From contig CAWAHW010000006.1 in the NCBI GenBank assembly GCA_963781885.1, forward strand, positions 192,001 to 256,000: DNA of 64,000 nucleotides. The letters run 5' to 3'. The notes beneath the pieces were generated by a model. It was not told the origin of the DNA and made no database searches. It saw nothing but the letters and a program-made list of their open reading frames with translations. Both the position numbers and the translations under genes were made by a program. Positions 1-9,600 of the stretch are shown here, one piece after another (the first letter of the stretch is position 1; each line of letters opens with the position of its first letter). This DNA is from an uncultured Spirochaetota bacterium (GTDB taxonomy: Bacteria; Spirochaetota; Spirochaetia; SZUA-6; Fen-1364).

Positions 1-2
1 AT

Positions 3-425
3 CCCGTCCTGACGCTCCTGCTCAGGAAGTGGCCCCTTGCCCGCACGATCTTCCTTGGCGGGCTCCTGTATGCCGTGGGTTTCGGCCTGTGCGGGCTCGC
101 CACGTCCGTGCCCCTGTTTATCCCGTTGTGCTTCGTATTCACGCTCGGCGAAATCGCAAACGCCATTGGCACGATGCCGCTCATCATGGCCAGGACACCG
201 GCCTCCCATCGGGGACGTATGAGCGGCTTCGTGCAGCTCATGCAGGGATCGGGGAGCACCATCGGTCCTCTGGCGGCCGGCAGCGCGCTCGCCGTGCTTC
301 CGATCGGGATTGCCTGGGCGGCGGTGGGCGGCATTGCCCTGGCATTCAGCCTGCTTGCTCTTGTTGCGGGGAAAGCGGAAAGAAAAGGAGCGATGAGCGA
401 CGACAGAATCCCCGCGGCGCGATAG
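3..425 (+). CDS. MFS transporter, C-terminal part (runs off left edge)
   Basis: Frame open from nt 3 (PVLTLLLRKWPLARTIFLGGLLYAVGFG...). Several hydrophobic helices and the MFS loop motif TPASHRGRMSG...GSTIGPLAAG. Confidence 0.8.
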   Translation, partial: PVLTLLLRKWPLARTIFLGGLLYAVGFGLCGLATSVPLFIPLCFVFTLGEIANAIGTMPLIMARTPASHRGRMSGFVQLMQGSGSTIGPLAAGSALAVLPIGIAWAAVGGIALAFSLLALVAGKAERKGAMSDDRIPAAR

Positions 426-436
426 ATCCGCGGCGG

Positions 437-1291
437 CTACTGGGCCGCCATTCGCCGGTAGGCAGCGGGCGTCATGCCGGTCCGGGACCGGAATGCCTCC
501 TCGAAACCGCTCAAGGAAGTGAAGCCGGCCGAAAAGCAGGTGTGGGTGACGTCCTTCCCTGACCGCAGCATGCGCATGGCGGCCTGCACGCGCAGGCGTC
601 GCAGGTGCTCGTGCGGCGTGCATCCCACCTCATTCTTAAACACCGCGATGAAACGCGACACGCTCAGGCACGCCTCCTGCGCGAGATCGCACAGGGAAAG
701 GGGGTCCTCGAGGCGCTCCTCCATCGTGGCGATGGCGCGGCGGATGCCCGCATGATGCGTGTGGTCTTCTTTCTCCTGTTGCTTCCGCGAGAGGAGGCTC
801 CTCAGGTAGTCCACGATGACCAGCGTGGACAGGCTCTCCATAATGTAGTCGGCGTCCGGGGTGCCCCGCAGTCCTTCCGCGAGCAACCGGCCGACGTCCC
901 CGTGCAACCCGCAATCGTCCGCGTACAAACGCGGTTCGGGGGGGGGCGCGCAGGGCAGGTCGAAGACCTGCTGGGCGACCTCCTGGAGCTTGCTTTCCTT
1001 CAGCGCGCACAGCATGTAGGGCTTGACGGACCCGGGAACGCCGCCGGAAACGTCCTGACCCGGCGCCAAGGGAAGCATCTTCTGCGACATGTCAGAGGAG
1101 AAATCCAGGCGCCTGCCCATGGTGACGCAGGGGGTTCTCACGAATGAAGGCGGTAACATGATGAGAAGCCAGGGCAGGCTGACGGAGTCCGCCGAACACG
1201 CGTCCGTCCATGCCACGGCCACGGAGCTCGTCTCAACAATGGGAACCTTGCCAAGAACTGACTCCAGAACGCCCCGGTCAAAACTCGACAT
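437..1291 (-). CDS. AraC family transcriptional regulator
   Basis: C-terminal AraC double HTH: LSLCDLAQEACLSVSRFIAVFKNEVGCTPHEHLRRLRVQAA...AGFTSLSGFEEAFRSRTGMTPAAYRR. Start taken at ATG 1291 after a purine-rich RBS. Confidence 0.9.
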   Translation of the reverse strand: MSSFDRGVLESVLGKVPIVETSSVAVAWTDACSADSVSLPWLLIMLPPSFVRTPCVTMGRRLDFSSDMSQKMLPLAPGQDVSGGVPGSVKPYMLCALKESKLQEVAQQVFDLPCAPPPEPRLYADDCGLHGDVGRLLAEGLRGTPDADYIMESLSTLVIVDYLRSLLSRKQQEKEDHTHHAGIRRAIATMEERLEDPLSLCDLAQEACLSVSRFIAVFKNEVGCTPHEHLRRLRVQAAMRMLRSGKDVTHTCFSAGFTSLSGFEEAFRSRTGMTPAAYRRMAAQ

Positions 1292-1454
1292 TCGGTCTTT
1301 CCCTTTGAGATTTTTTCCAAGGATTCCATTGGAGGCGGTGCTTGTCAAGATGGCGGGTCCGTGGCGGCGTTTCGACTCTCAGAAGACCTCGCGCCCTGTT
1401 TGGCTTGACAGGGACCGGGTATTGCACGATTTTGGTCGAAAGGGGGAGGGCCGT

Positions 1455-2264
1455 TTGCGGCTGAAAAGGCTTTCTGATGGTTCGCAGACGCAAGGCCGTC
1501 ACGGGTTGCCCACGCGGCTGTCCCTTTCCGCCCTGCTTGTCCTGACCCTTCTCACCGGATGCGTGACGGGGAACATGTTCTCCGCCTCATCGTCAGTCCC
1601 GCCCGCGGTGCGCCAGGAATGGATCTACCGGTTTCTCTCTCCGACTGACGAGCAAAAGGTCCGCCGGGCGCTTGACGATGCCCTCCTGCCTGCCGATGCA
1701 AAGGACCGGCTGCGCGCCGTGCTGGGCCGGATCGACCAGGGCTGGATCCCTGACGGCATGAGCCAGTCCCAGATCATGGACAATGCCTTCTGTGCGTGGA
1801 CCGCCGCCCGCACGCGGTCCCTCCTGCTCGGGCTGAGCGGCGATTCGGTCATTGCCGATGGACTTGTGGGGGACGCGTGGACGTTCCAGCTTTCCATACC
1901 GGAGCACGGGGGCAGCGTGGTGTGGAAAAGGGGCGACGGAAACCTCGATGCCTCCCTGCTGGCACCCGGGGACCTGATCGGGGTCTACTACACAAACAGC
2001 CTCTACAACGCGCGCATTGAGACTCCCGAGGCCAGCGCGCGCTGGCCTCTGACCTTCACGCACATCATCTACGTCGCCTTTACCTTCGACGACGATGCCC
2101 TGGTGATCCACGATTTTCGCGCTCCGTGGGCGACGGGCCCGCGGCCCTGGCCCGTGAGGATCGAGCTGCTTTCAAAGGTGCGGGAAAGATTCGCCGGCCA
2201 GTTCGAACCGATGATCGTCATGAGACCAAGATCGTCCCTTGCGCCCGCGGCCCTCGAAGACTGA
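1455..2264 (+). CDS. Hypothetical lipoprotein
   Basis: GGGGAGGG RBS before TTG 1455. Hydrophobic stretch ends in lipobox LLTG-C. The upstream part of ORF 1089..2264 overlaps AraC and is probably not coding. Confidence 0.6.
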   Translation: MRLKRLSDGSQTQGRHGLPTRLSLSALLVLTLLTGCVTGNMFSASSSVPPAVRQEWIYRFLSPTDEQKVRRALDDALLPADAKDRLRAVLGRIDQGWIPDGMSQSQIMDNAFCAWTAARTRSLLLGLSGDSVIADGLVGDAWTFQLSIPEHGGSVVWKRGDGNLDASLLAPGDLIGVYYTNSLYNARIETPEASARWPLTFTHIIYVAFTFDDDALVIHDFRAPWATGPRPWPVRIELLSKVRERFAGQFEPMIVMRPRSSLAPAALED

Positions 2265-2345
2265 CACCTCTTTCTTTTCGTCGAACAGCGGCTTGCCAAA
2301 TACGCCGGACTGTGAGACTTTTCCTTCCGGGAAAAGGAGAGAGCA

Positions 2346-4550
2346 ATGGAAAATTCGCGATTCCTTGTTGTCGGCGCGGCGCTGCTCTTTCTGGCGGCGG
2401 GCGCCTATGCCCAGGTAAAAGCCTTCGGCGTCGTTCAATCCTACGGAAGCGGCTCCATCGTCGTCGGCATGGCGACGTCGACCGGCCACTGGGCGGTCGA
2501 CTCTGCCACCAAGATCGCCGGATCCATCGTCGTCGCGGACTGGGTCTATGTCGAGGTCTCTCCGTCGGGTCACGTCGACCTCCTGAGATTCGAGGAGAGG
2601 CCGACTGTCGGCATGGGCGTGGTCCGACAGGCGGTCGGCGACGTGCTCGTGGTCCAGACGACCATCGCCACGGAAACCTGGAATGTCACGCCCGCCACCA
2701 TGGTGGTGGGGGTGCACCGCGGGGAGTTCCAGCCCGGTCAGACGATCGTGGGAAGGGTCTACAAGAACCACACCCTGGCCCAGGCGGTGTTGATGACAGG
2801 CGTCAACATGCCGGGCCCCGGGGGGTCCATGACGTATGACGGGGTCGTTCAATCCTACGGCAACGGCTCCATTGTCGTCGCGACAACCATGTCCACGGGC
2901 CGCTGGACCGTTGACTCAACGACGCAGATCGTCGGATCCATCGCCGTGGCGGACCGGGTCTCCGCGGACGTCTCCAAGTCGGGCCACGTCGACGTCCTCA
3001 GGTTCATGGAGAAGCCTGTCGCCCGTGAAGGCGTGGTCACGCAGATCAACGGCACCGTCATTGTTGTTCAGACTGCAAAAAACCCCGAGGCATGGGTCGT
3101 GACACCGGCCACCATCCACGTGAGAGTCCAGCGCGGAGAGATCCAGCCGGGCGAAACCCTCATGGGAAGGGTATTCGCGAACCACACGCTTGCGGAGGTC
3201 ACCCTGAAAGGGCCCGCCGTCGCCGCCCCGCAGGCCACGGTCGTTGTGGTGAATGCCACCGCGTACCCGATCGTGCTTGTCTCCGCCTCAAACCAGCCGG
3301 GCGTCAACCTTCTGAAAGAAATCCCGCTCCTGCCGGGAAGAGGCGCGGAAATCAAGGTCAACGCCGGAAGCGCCGCGCTGTTTGCGTCCGTCCAGGTGCC
3401 CGGCTCCGTTGAGAACGTGCCCATGCAAGGAACCTTCATCAGCGGGCGCCTCTACAACTGGACGGTGAAGCAAATGGCGCCGGTGGCGCCCACGGGGGGC
3501 GGCGGATACGGCTACACGCAGGGCTACGGTTACACGCAGCAGGGCTACGGCTATATAAAGCCCGCGGCAAACGAAAATCCGCCGGCAAACCAGCCGCAGA
3601 AGCCGAAGGGCGACGTCGCGACCATTGCCATGGCCGGTACGACACTCCATAATCCCGAAGGGATTGCCGTGGACACTGCCGGTAACCTGTACATCGCCGA
3701 CACCGCCAACAGCATGATCCGCAAGATTGCGGCGAACGGCGCCGTGACGAACCTGGCAGGATCGGGCGCGAAGGGCCTCACCAACGGCAATGGAAGCGCC
3801 GCGTCCTTCAACTTCCCCACCGGCATCGCGGTGGACAGGTCGGGGAACGTCTATGTGGCCGATTCGAGCAACCACGTCATCCGCAAGATAACGCCAAGCG
3901 GCGCCGTGAGCACCCTGGCGGGCTCCGGACAGGTGGGGCGCCTCAACGGCCCGGGAAACATCGCGTCATTCTCCGCTGAGATCGGCGGAGTGGCGGTGGA
4001 TTCCTCCGGGACCGTCTACGTTGCCGACAGCGGCAACAACATCATCCGCAAGATCTCACCGATGGGCGTGGTGACGACGCTGGCAGGGACCGGACTGCCG
4101 ATGCGCATCGACGGCCCCGCGCCTATTGCGTCGTTCTCCCATCCGTGGGGGATCGCCGTGGATTCATCGGGCAACGTCTACGTGGGGGATACCAACAACT
4201 TCCTGATCCGCAAGGTGAGCCCGTCCGGCGTCGTGGCCACCCTTGCAGGGTCGGGCCAGGCGGGGCGCGCTGACGGCCAGGGCGCCGACGCCTCCTTTGG
4301 ACAGCCCTTCGGGGTCGCGGTGGATCGCTCCGGCAACGTCTACGTCGGGGACTACAGGAACCACCAGATCCGCAAGATCGCCCCGGACGGAACGGTGACG
4401 ACCCTCGCCGGGTCGGGTCAAACGGGGAGCGCGGACGGGCCCGCCAACACCGCCTCATTCGTCTATCCAACGGGCGTCGCGGTGGATTCGTTCGGGAATG
4501 TCTACGTCGCAGATACAGGCATCAGCAGAATCCGCAAAGTACAGCCCTAA
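2346..4550 (+). CDS. Secreted NHL-repeat beta-propeller protein with duplicated N-terminal beta module (DUF5666/OB-fold-like)
   Basis: AAGGAG RBS and signal peptide ending AYA-Q. Six repeats of the pattern GIAVDxxGNxYVADxxNxxIRKI. GYG-rich linker. Confidence 0.85.
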   Translation: MENSRFLVVGAALLFLAAGAYAQVKAFGVVQSYGSGSIVVGMATSTGHWAVDSATKIAGSIVVADWVYVEVSPSGHVDLLRFEERPTVGMGVVRQAVGDVLVVQTTIATETWNVTPATMVVGVHRGEFQPGQTIVGRVYKNHTLAQAVLMTGVNMPGPGGSMTYDGVVQSYGNGSIVVATTMSTGRWTVDSTTQIVGSIAVADRVSADVSKSGHVDVLRFMEKPVAREGVVTQINGTVIVVQTAKNPEAWVVTPATIHVRVQRGEIQPGETLMGRVFANHTLAEVTLKGPAVAAPQATVVVVNATAYPIVLVSASNQPGVNLLKEIPLLPGRGAEIKVNAGSAALFASVQVPGSVENVPMQGTFISGRLYNWTVKQMAPVAPTGGGGYGYTQGYGYTQQGYGYIKPAANENPPANQPQKPKGDVATIAMAGTTLHNPEGIAVDTAGNLYIADTANSMIRKIAANGAVTNLAGSGAKGLTNGNGSAASFNFPTGIAVDRSGNVYVADSSNHVIRKITPSGAVSTLAGSGQVGRLNGPGNIASFSAEIGGVAVDSSGTVYVADSGNNIIRKISPMGVVTTLAGTGLPMRIDGPAPIASFSHPWGIAVDSSGNVYVGDTNNFLIRKVSPSGVVATLAGSGQAGRADGQGADASFGQPFGVAVDRSGNVYVGDYRNHQIRKIAPDGTVTTLAGSGQTGSADGPANTASFVYPTGVAVDSFGNVYVADTGISRIRKVQP
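2427..3194 (+). repeat. Intragenic tandem duplication, 414-nt (138-aa) period
   Basis: GGCGTCGTTCAATCCTACGG at 2427 and GGGGTCGTTCAATCCTACGG at 2841. Protein GVVQSYGxGSIVV...GRVxxNHTLA occurs twice. Confidence 0.85.
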
Positions 4551-4569
4551 GGGGAGGCCGACGGGAGGC

Positions 4570-5298
4570 ATGACGCGCAGACGCAAAACCCTGCGCGTCG
4601 TCCTCCTGATCATCGGCATCGTTGTTGCGGCGCACCTGCTGTTCCTCCTGTGGTTCGGGGTGCGCCTCTTCCCCTTGCGCACGCACAACCCCGCGGTGAC
4701 GTCCATCATGCGCATCAGGGGAGACGTGACGCCGCTGGATCCGGCGGGCTTCCTGCCGCTGGCCGAAACGCCGCAGTTCGTCAAGGACCTGATCGTCCTG
4801 ACGGAAGACCCGCACTTTTACGCTCACCACGGAATCGACATCTCCTCCATCCGCCTTGCGCTGAAAGTGAATGCAGAGCAGGGCAGGATCGTGTACGGCG
4901 GATCCACCATCACCCAACAGCTTGCCCGCACGCTCTTTCTCTGGCCCGGCAAGAATCTCCTGCGCAAATACATGGAGATGTGGATTGCGCTGGAGTCCGA
5001 GGTCTTCCTGGGAAAAGGCCGGATACTGGAGCTGTACCTGAACTGCGCGGAGTGGGGTCCCGGGGTCTACGGCATGCAGCGCGCATCCCGCTTCTTCTAC
5101 CTTGAGGACGTCGCGGCGCTCACGCACGACCAGGCGATCCGCCTGGTCACGGTCCTGGCGTCTCCGCGCCGGAGCGGGCCCTGGTCCGTGGACACAGACC
5201 CGCTCCTGGACGTCCGCTACCGGTTCATCGTCAGGGCATCTCGGCGCCTGGAGGGGCGTCAGCCGCAATTCTCATCCACGCTCCAGGAGATACGATAG
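4570..5298 (+). CDS. mtgA: Monofunctional biosynthetic peptidoglycan transglycosylase (GT51)
   Basis: GT51 motifs EDPHFYAHHGID, GGSTITQQLAR, RKYME and ILELYLN. One N-terminal TM helix, no transpeptidase domain. GGAGG RBS before ATG 4570. Confidence 0.9.
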   Translation: MTRRRKTLRVVLLIIGIVVAAHLLFLLWFGVRLFPLRTHNPAVTSIMRIRGDVTPLDPAGFLPLAETPQFVKDLIVLTEDPHFYAHHGIDISSIRLALKVNAEQGRIVYGGSTITQQLARTLFLWPGKNLLRKYMEMWIALESEVFLGKGRILELYLNCAEWGPGVYGMQRASRFFYLEDVAALTHDQAIRLVTVLASPRRSGPWSVDTDPLLDVRYRFIVRASRRLEGRQPQFSSTLQEIR

Positions 5299-5300
5299 AC

Positions 5301-5329
5301 TTGACCGTTCGGCGCCGCCCGGGCAATCT
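5301..5329 (+). promoter_or_regulatory. Putative sigma70 promoter of the truncated DJ-1/PfpI gene
   Basis: TTGACC-N17-CAATCT, followed 5 nt later by ATG 5335. Confidence 0.4.
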
Positions 5330-5334
5330 TGGCC

Positions 5335-5388
5335 ATGGTCAAGAACCCGCGCAATGTCGCCATCCTCATCTTCGACGAGGCGGAGGTG
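5335..5388 (+). pseudogene. Truncated DJ-1/PfpI family gene (first 18 codons only)
   Basis: MVKNPRNVAILIFDEAEV matches the typical DJ-1/PfpI N-terminus (xNVAILIFDxxEVLDFxGP). The sequence then switches abruptly to G-rich DNA, with a stop at 5464-5466. Confidence 0.6.
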
Positions 5389-5395
5389 AAGTCCA

Positions 5396-5443
5396 GGGGG
5401 TGGGTTCCAGGGAGGGGAAGCGGGTGGGGAGACGTGGTGGGGG
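5396..5443 (+). other. Cluster of seven G-tracts (potential G-quadruplex)
   Basis: GGGGG-T-GGG-TTCCA-GGG-A-GGGG-AAGC-GGG-T-GGGG-N9-GGGGG. Confidence 0.5.
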
Positions 5444-5527
5444 ACGAGCGAAGCCTAAGCCTATAGTGTCTACGCGCAACGCAAGTATGCGTACGGTATT
5501 CGGGCGCGACCTTGTTCTGACTCTCGC

Positions 5528-6694
5528 CTATTGAATTCCGTTGGGGCTTCGAAGTGCTTGCCGGTATGTCAAAGCTCTTTGGATCTCCGCCTTTGAGAAC
5601 GATCCATAACGCTGCTCAAACATCCGATTGATCTCGTCCGTCTTTCCCGCATGTTTGAAGTCGTCATATACTCCGCGAAAGTAGTAAAAGAATAGCAAAT
5701 CAAGAAAGGCCGGCGAGTAGTCCGACCGTTCAGTCGACGAATCACGAAGAACGACCAGCGTGGAAGAAGAGTTTCTGATCAGTTCGCCGAACACGCGCAT
5801 GCTTTCGTCGATTTTTCCAAGCTTCAATAGGGACGCTACGAGCATTTCGTCACGATCGTCGTACGACGGATGACGATAGGAATACCACTGCACGAACTCA
5901 TCATAGTGGCCGGAGAAATATAGTACTGGGCAAATTCGCACGCTGTCTATCGTTTGTTTCGGATCAAACAGTCTTCTGTGAGAATCAAAAACAGCATATG
6001 CTTCCGCAAAGCGTAGCTGAAATTTCAGTGTCAAGAAGAGATCTTCTACCGCATTCTTCTTGACCAAGTTTTTTTGAAATCTTCTCACGGCTTCAACTGC
6101 AGGAATCTCTCGCTTCGTCAACCCGTCGATGAAAGCGCTGAGCGTATCATACGCCTTCCAATTCGACGGGACACTCTGCTCTACATGGTTTCTCTCAAAT
6201 ACCAAGGTGTCGAACCGGGTAAGTCTTGGGTCAAACTCGGCCAATTCGTAAGGAGTGAAAGTGCTCGCTCGAGCGATCAAGTCGTCATAGTACTTCATGC
6301 CGTCCATGAATTCTGAATCCGGAGAATCCACCAAATATCCGTGACTTGCGTATAGAAAAATTCTGGTATCGTCGCCCGTAGCATCGAAATATGTCTTGAA
6401 CCCTTTGAATATTTTCAGCAAGTCGCCGTCTCTCCAGCAAAGCAGCGCCCGATCGAAGAGCGCCGACTTCGTGCCCCGTGCAACAAGAGCATCAATTTGT
6501 TTATTGAGTCCCTCTGTCTCTTCGGGAGTGTACGAACTCTTCAGAAGACCTATCCGCTTTCGCACCGCATTCTGGGCGGGGCTGAAAACCTGCGCCCTCT
6601 GTTGCTGCCCACTACTGCACTCCGTGAACAGAAGCAGTTGGCTGAGAAAGGTGAGGACCAGAATTGCTATTTTCCGAAAGTCTTTTGAATCCAT
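5528..6694 (-). CDS. Hypothetical helical lipoprotein; candidate immunity protein
   Basis: 388 aa. Basic N-terminus and hydrophobic core ending LFTE-C (lipobox-like). Start overlaps the giant gene's end by 28 nt. Visibly AT-richer than flanking genes. Confidence 0.7.
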   Translation of the reverse strand: MDSKDFRKIAILVLTFLSQLLLFTECSSGQQQRAQVFSPAQNAVRKRIGLLKSSYTPEETEGLNKQIDALVARGTKSALFDRALLCWRDGDLLKIFKGFKTYFDATGDDTRIFLYASHGYLVDSPDSEFMDGMKYYDDLIARASTFTPYELAEFDPRLTRFDTLVFERNHVEQSVPSNWKAYDTLSAFIDGLTKREIPAVEAVRRFQKNLVKKNAVEDLFLTLKFQLRFAEAYAVFDSHRRLFDPKQTIDSVRICPVLYFSGHYDEFVQWYSYRHPSYDDRDEMLVASLLKLGKIDESMRVFGELIRNSSSTLVVLRDSSTERSDYSPAFLDLLFFYYFRGVYDDFKHAGKTDEINRMFEQRYGSFSKAEIQRALTYRQALRSPNGIQ

Positions 6695-9600
6695 GCGTTG
6701 TAGCTTGCGCTTTCGTTGTTGAGGTAATTACGCCAGTATTCATACTGACCCGGTTTCCGATTCCAGTAGTCGTTGGCATTAATAACTTTCGACAAGTAGT
6801 CTGAACTATAAGACAGACTTTTCTGTGCGGATATGTCATAAGCGTTCTCAAGATTGACCTTTCTCAGCAATTCCTTGTCAAATGCATCTCCTGCAGTGAA
6901 TTCAGGTGGCAGATCCCAGAATCTCTTTCTTTGCGCATCGAACATCCCAGGGTCTTCTTGTACAAACTGCATGACCTTCGCTCCGGGAGACCCATCGATG
7001 CCCTGGCCAACGACCAATTCTTTCGACTGGATGCCACCAAAGAAGTACTGCTTTACCAAATCATCCGGGGTCCCCATCTTTATGAACTCCGCCATTACAA
7101 CGTACCGCTCCTTGGCCGCGTCTTGAATTTGTCCGATGGTCTCAGGGTCATACGCAATATTCTGGGTATTCAATGGAACTCCCAAGGCATCCGCTTTGCT
7201 GAATACTGCTTTGTCCATGTTCTCCATGCCTTTAATGCCCTTCATCATCTCGGGCAAATTCGCCTCCAAACTGTCGTACAAGTCTCTCCCACTGGCGACA
7301 AAGTCCTCCGCAGCCAATCCCGTGAGCATCGCAGCTCCGAACGAGCTCTTTTCCCACAAGTTCTCTTTCATAACCGACGCAGGGTTCACCATGTCGAGAA
7401 GGACTTCCGCCCCGCTCACGCCAGCTTTGATACCCTGAGACAGCGCACTCCCCATAAGGATCATGCTAATCAGACCTTGCGCGGGGTTGTAGTCACGCTC
7501 GTCAAAGATGTCCTTCCCCGTCCGATTAGCATACCACCATTCTGACAACTGCCCACCGCTAATAGTATCCGCAGCATCAGCAAAACCGCCAGTTGAAAGC
7601 TTCAGGGCTGGCCCTAAAAGTCCCTTCCACGCCGAGTCCCAAAGGTTATCTGGCACTATGCCAACCGGGTCGTTGCTTCCTTCATTTCCACTGAATTTAG
7701 CATGCTCTTCGCCCCCGGCACCGATCTCCCAGTTGCCAGCAACCATTGCTTGTCTGGCGATGCTATTGCTAAAAGCCGAATCACTTACACCCCATGCCTT
7801 GCTAATTGTGTACATCGCGTCCATTTGCATGATGTATGCAATGCCCTCAACACGATTGCCAGAAGCATGTGTTCCCTCATGACTAAGGACCGAAGCCATC
7901 TCGGCAGCGCCCAGTGCTCCCTTTGCGTTCAACATGTCGGCATTAAGGGTGATGGTATTCGGCGATTCGGTAGAATACGATCCCCACTCGTTCTGCGCCA
8001 TCTGACTACTGAATTGCACGGCCAGGTCCCGAGAGAATATCCTCTGGGCAACATTCCAGTTTTGCTCGCTGTCGGTGTATCCAAGCCCGTTGACGGCGTT
8101 CAGCACCGCCCTGTCATCCGAACTCCCGTATTTCCACTTCGATATCGCGGCGCTTTCAGAAACTCCTTGTATCGCGCTTGCGATGTTTCCCAAGCTGAAG
8201 TCAGCCCCGCCGGTTCCCAAATTCATGCTGAATCCATTTGAGCCTCCCAGATGCATTTCCAAAAGCCCGTTTTGCACGATCTCCCCATCAGCGCCTTTGA
8301 TCCCAAGCATGCTGAAGTTTGCGACGTTTAGAGTTGCCTCTCCTGTCATTCCGTATTGGATCCCGGCCGAGACCGCACTTCCCATTAGTCCATTGAAGCT
8401 CTGAATGCTCTGCGTATCGAATACATGTCCGTTGAGTGTGATTCCGTTGCCGTCTTTGAGGTTCCACTGCCCGAGACTACTACTTGTTGCTGTGCTAGCC
8501 ATCCCTCCCAGATATCCCGCCAGCGCTTGCTGGCCTACCACTGATTGCGCAAACGCCTGGCCGTCGAATCCAAATCCTTTATTGCTGGAGTAGGTTATGT
8601 TATTGATCAGCCCCTGGCCCATGTTTGTCGTAAAGCCTTGAGCGCCGCTCCATATGGTCTTGCCGATTATCCCGCTCAGCCCACCCACGGCGTCCAGGCC
8701 CTTCGTGACCGTGTCCCCCAATCCCCCCATGGCCATGCTGAATGCCGTGCTGAGTATGTCCTTGCCAAGGCTCACCAGACCTTCGCCCAACGACATCTGC
8801 CTGTTGGCCAGATCGGCCACGGTGAAGAGACCTTTCTCCACCAGCCCTGCGATCGCAGCTCCCGCCGGCCCGGCGATCACCGTCCCCACCACCGAGACGC
8901 CGATATCTGCCACGCTGCGCAGGGTCGGCGCCTTTACCCAGGAGTTGCGGTCATCCCAGAGCTTCTGATCGTAAGCGGGGCGGGCCGCCATCGCCCAGCC
9001 CATGCCTGCCTTCATCTGGCTCCACATGAAGGGGGTCAGCACTCTGCCGAGCTCGCCGCTGCCCGTGGCGCTCAGGTATTTGCTGTATTCAGTCTCTTCG
9101 GCAGTGGCGTCGAGGTTCTCCGATTCCATTTTGGGGGCGATCCCAACGTAGAGCCCGAACTTGCCGGCCCCAATGCTTGCGGCGGTACTTGACGCGTCGC
9201 GCCTGGTTGACTCCCTGACGGTCGTCACCTGCGACGTGTGGCGGTTTCCCTCTGAATCTACTGTCGAAACGGTGTCAGTCACCTCAGTATGAACCGTGAC
9301 ATTTTTCCAGGAGGTGATTTCCGTCGTCCCTGTGTCACCTTGTTTGCCGAAGATTCCTTCCAGCTGACCCCGCATGTCCTTGATCGCCAGCTCCACCTGC
9401 GCCTGGATTCCGGCGGCGGAGAGCTGCAACAAGGTTGCGTCACTGAGATCGACTTTCGAGGCAATTTCCGCATCAGGCACAAAAGGCCTGTATGCCGGCA
9501 CGACGTGCGTTTCCGTCAGCGGACCGTTTATCGTCGAATCAACGACGGTCTGGCGTTGGAAATCACCACCGCTCCTGACGAATCCCGCCTCAAGCAAGCT

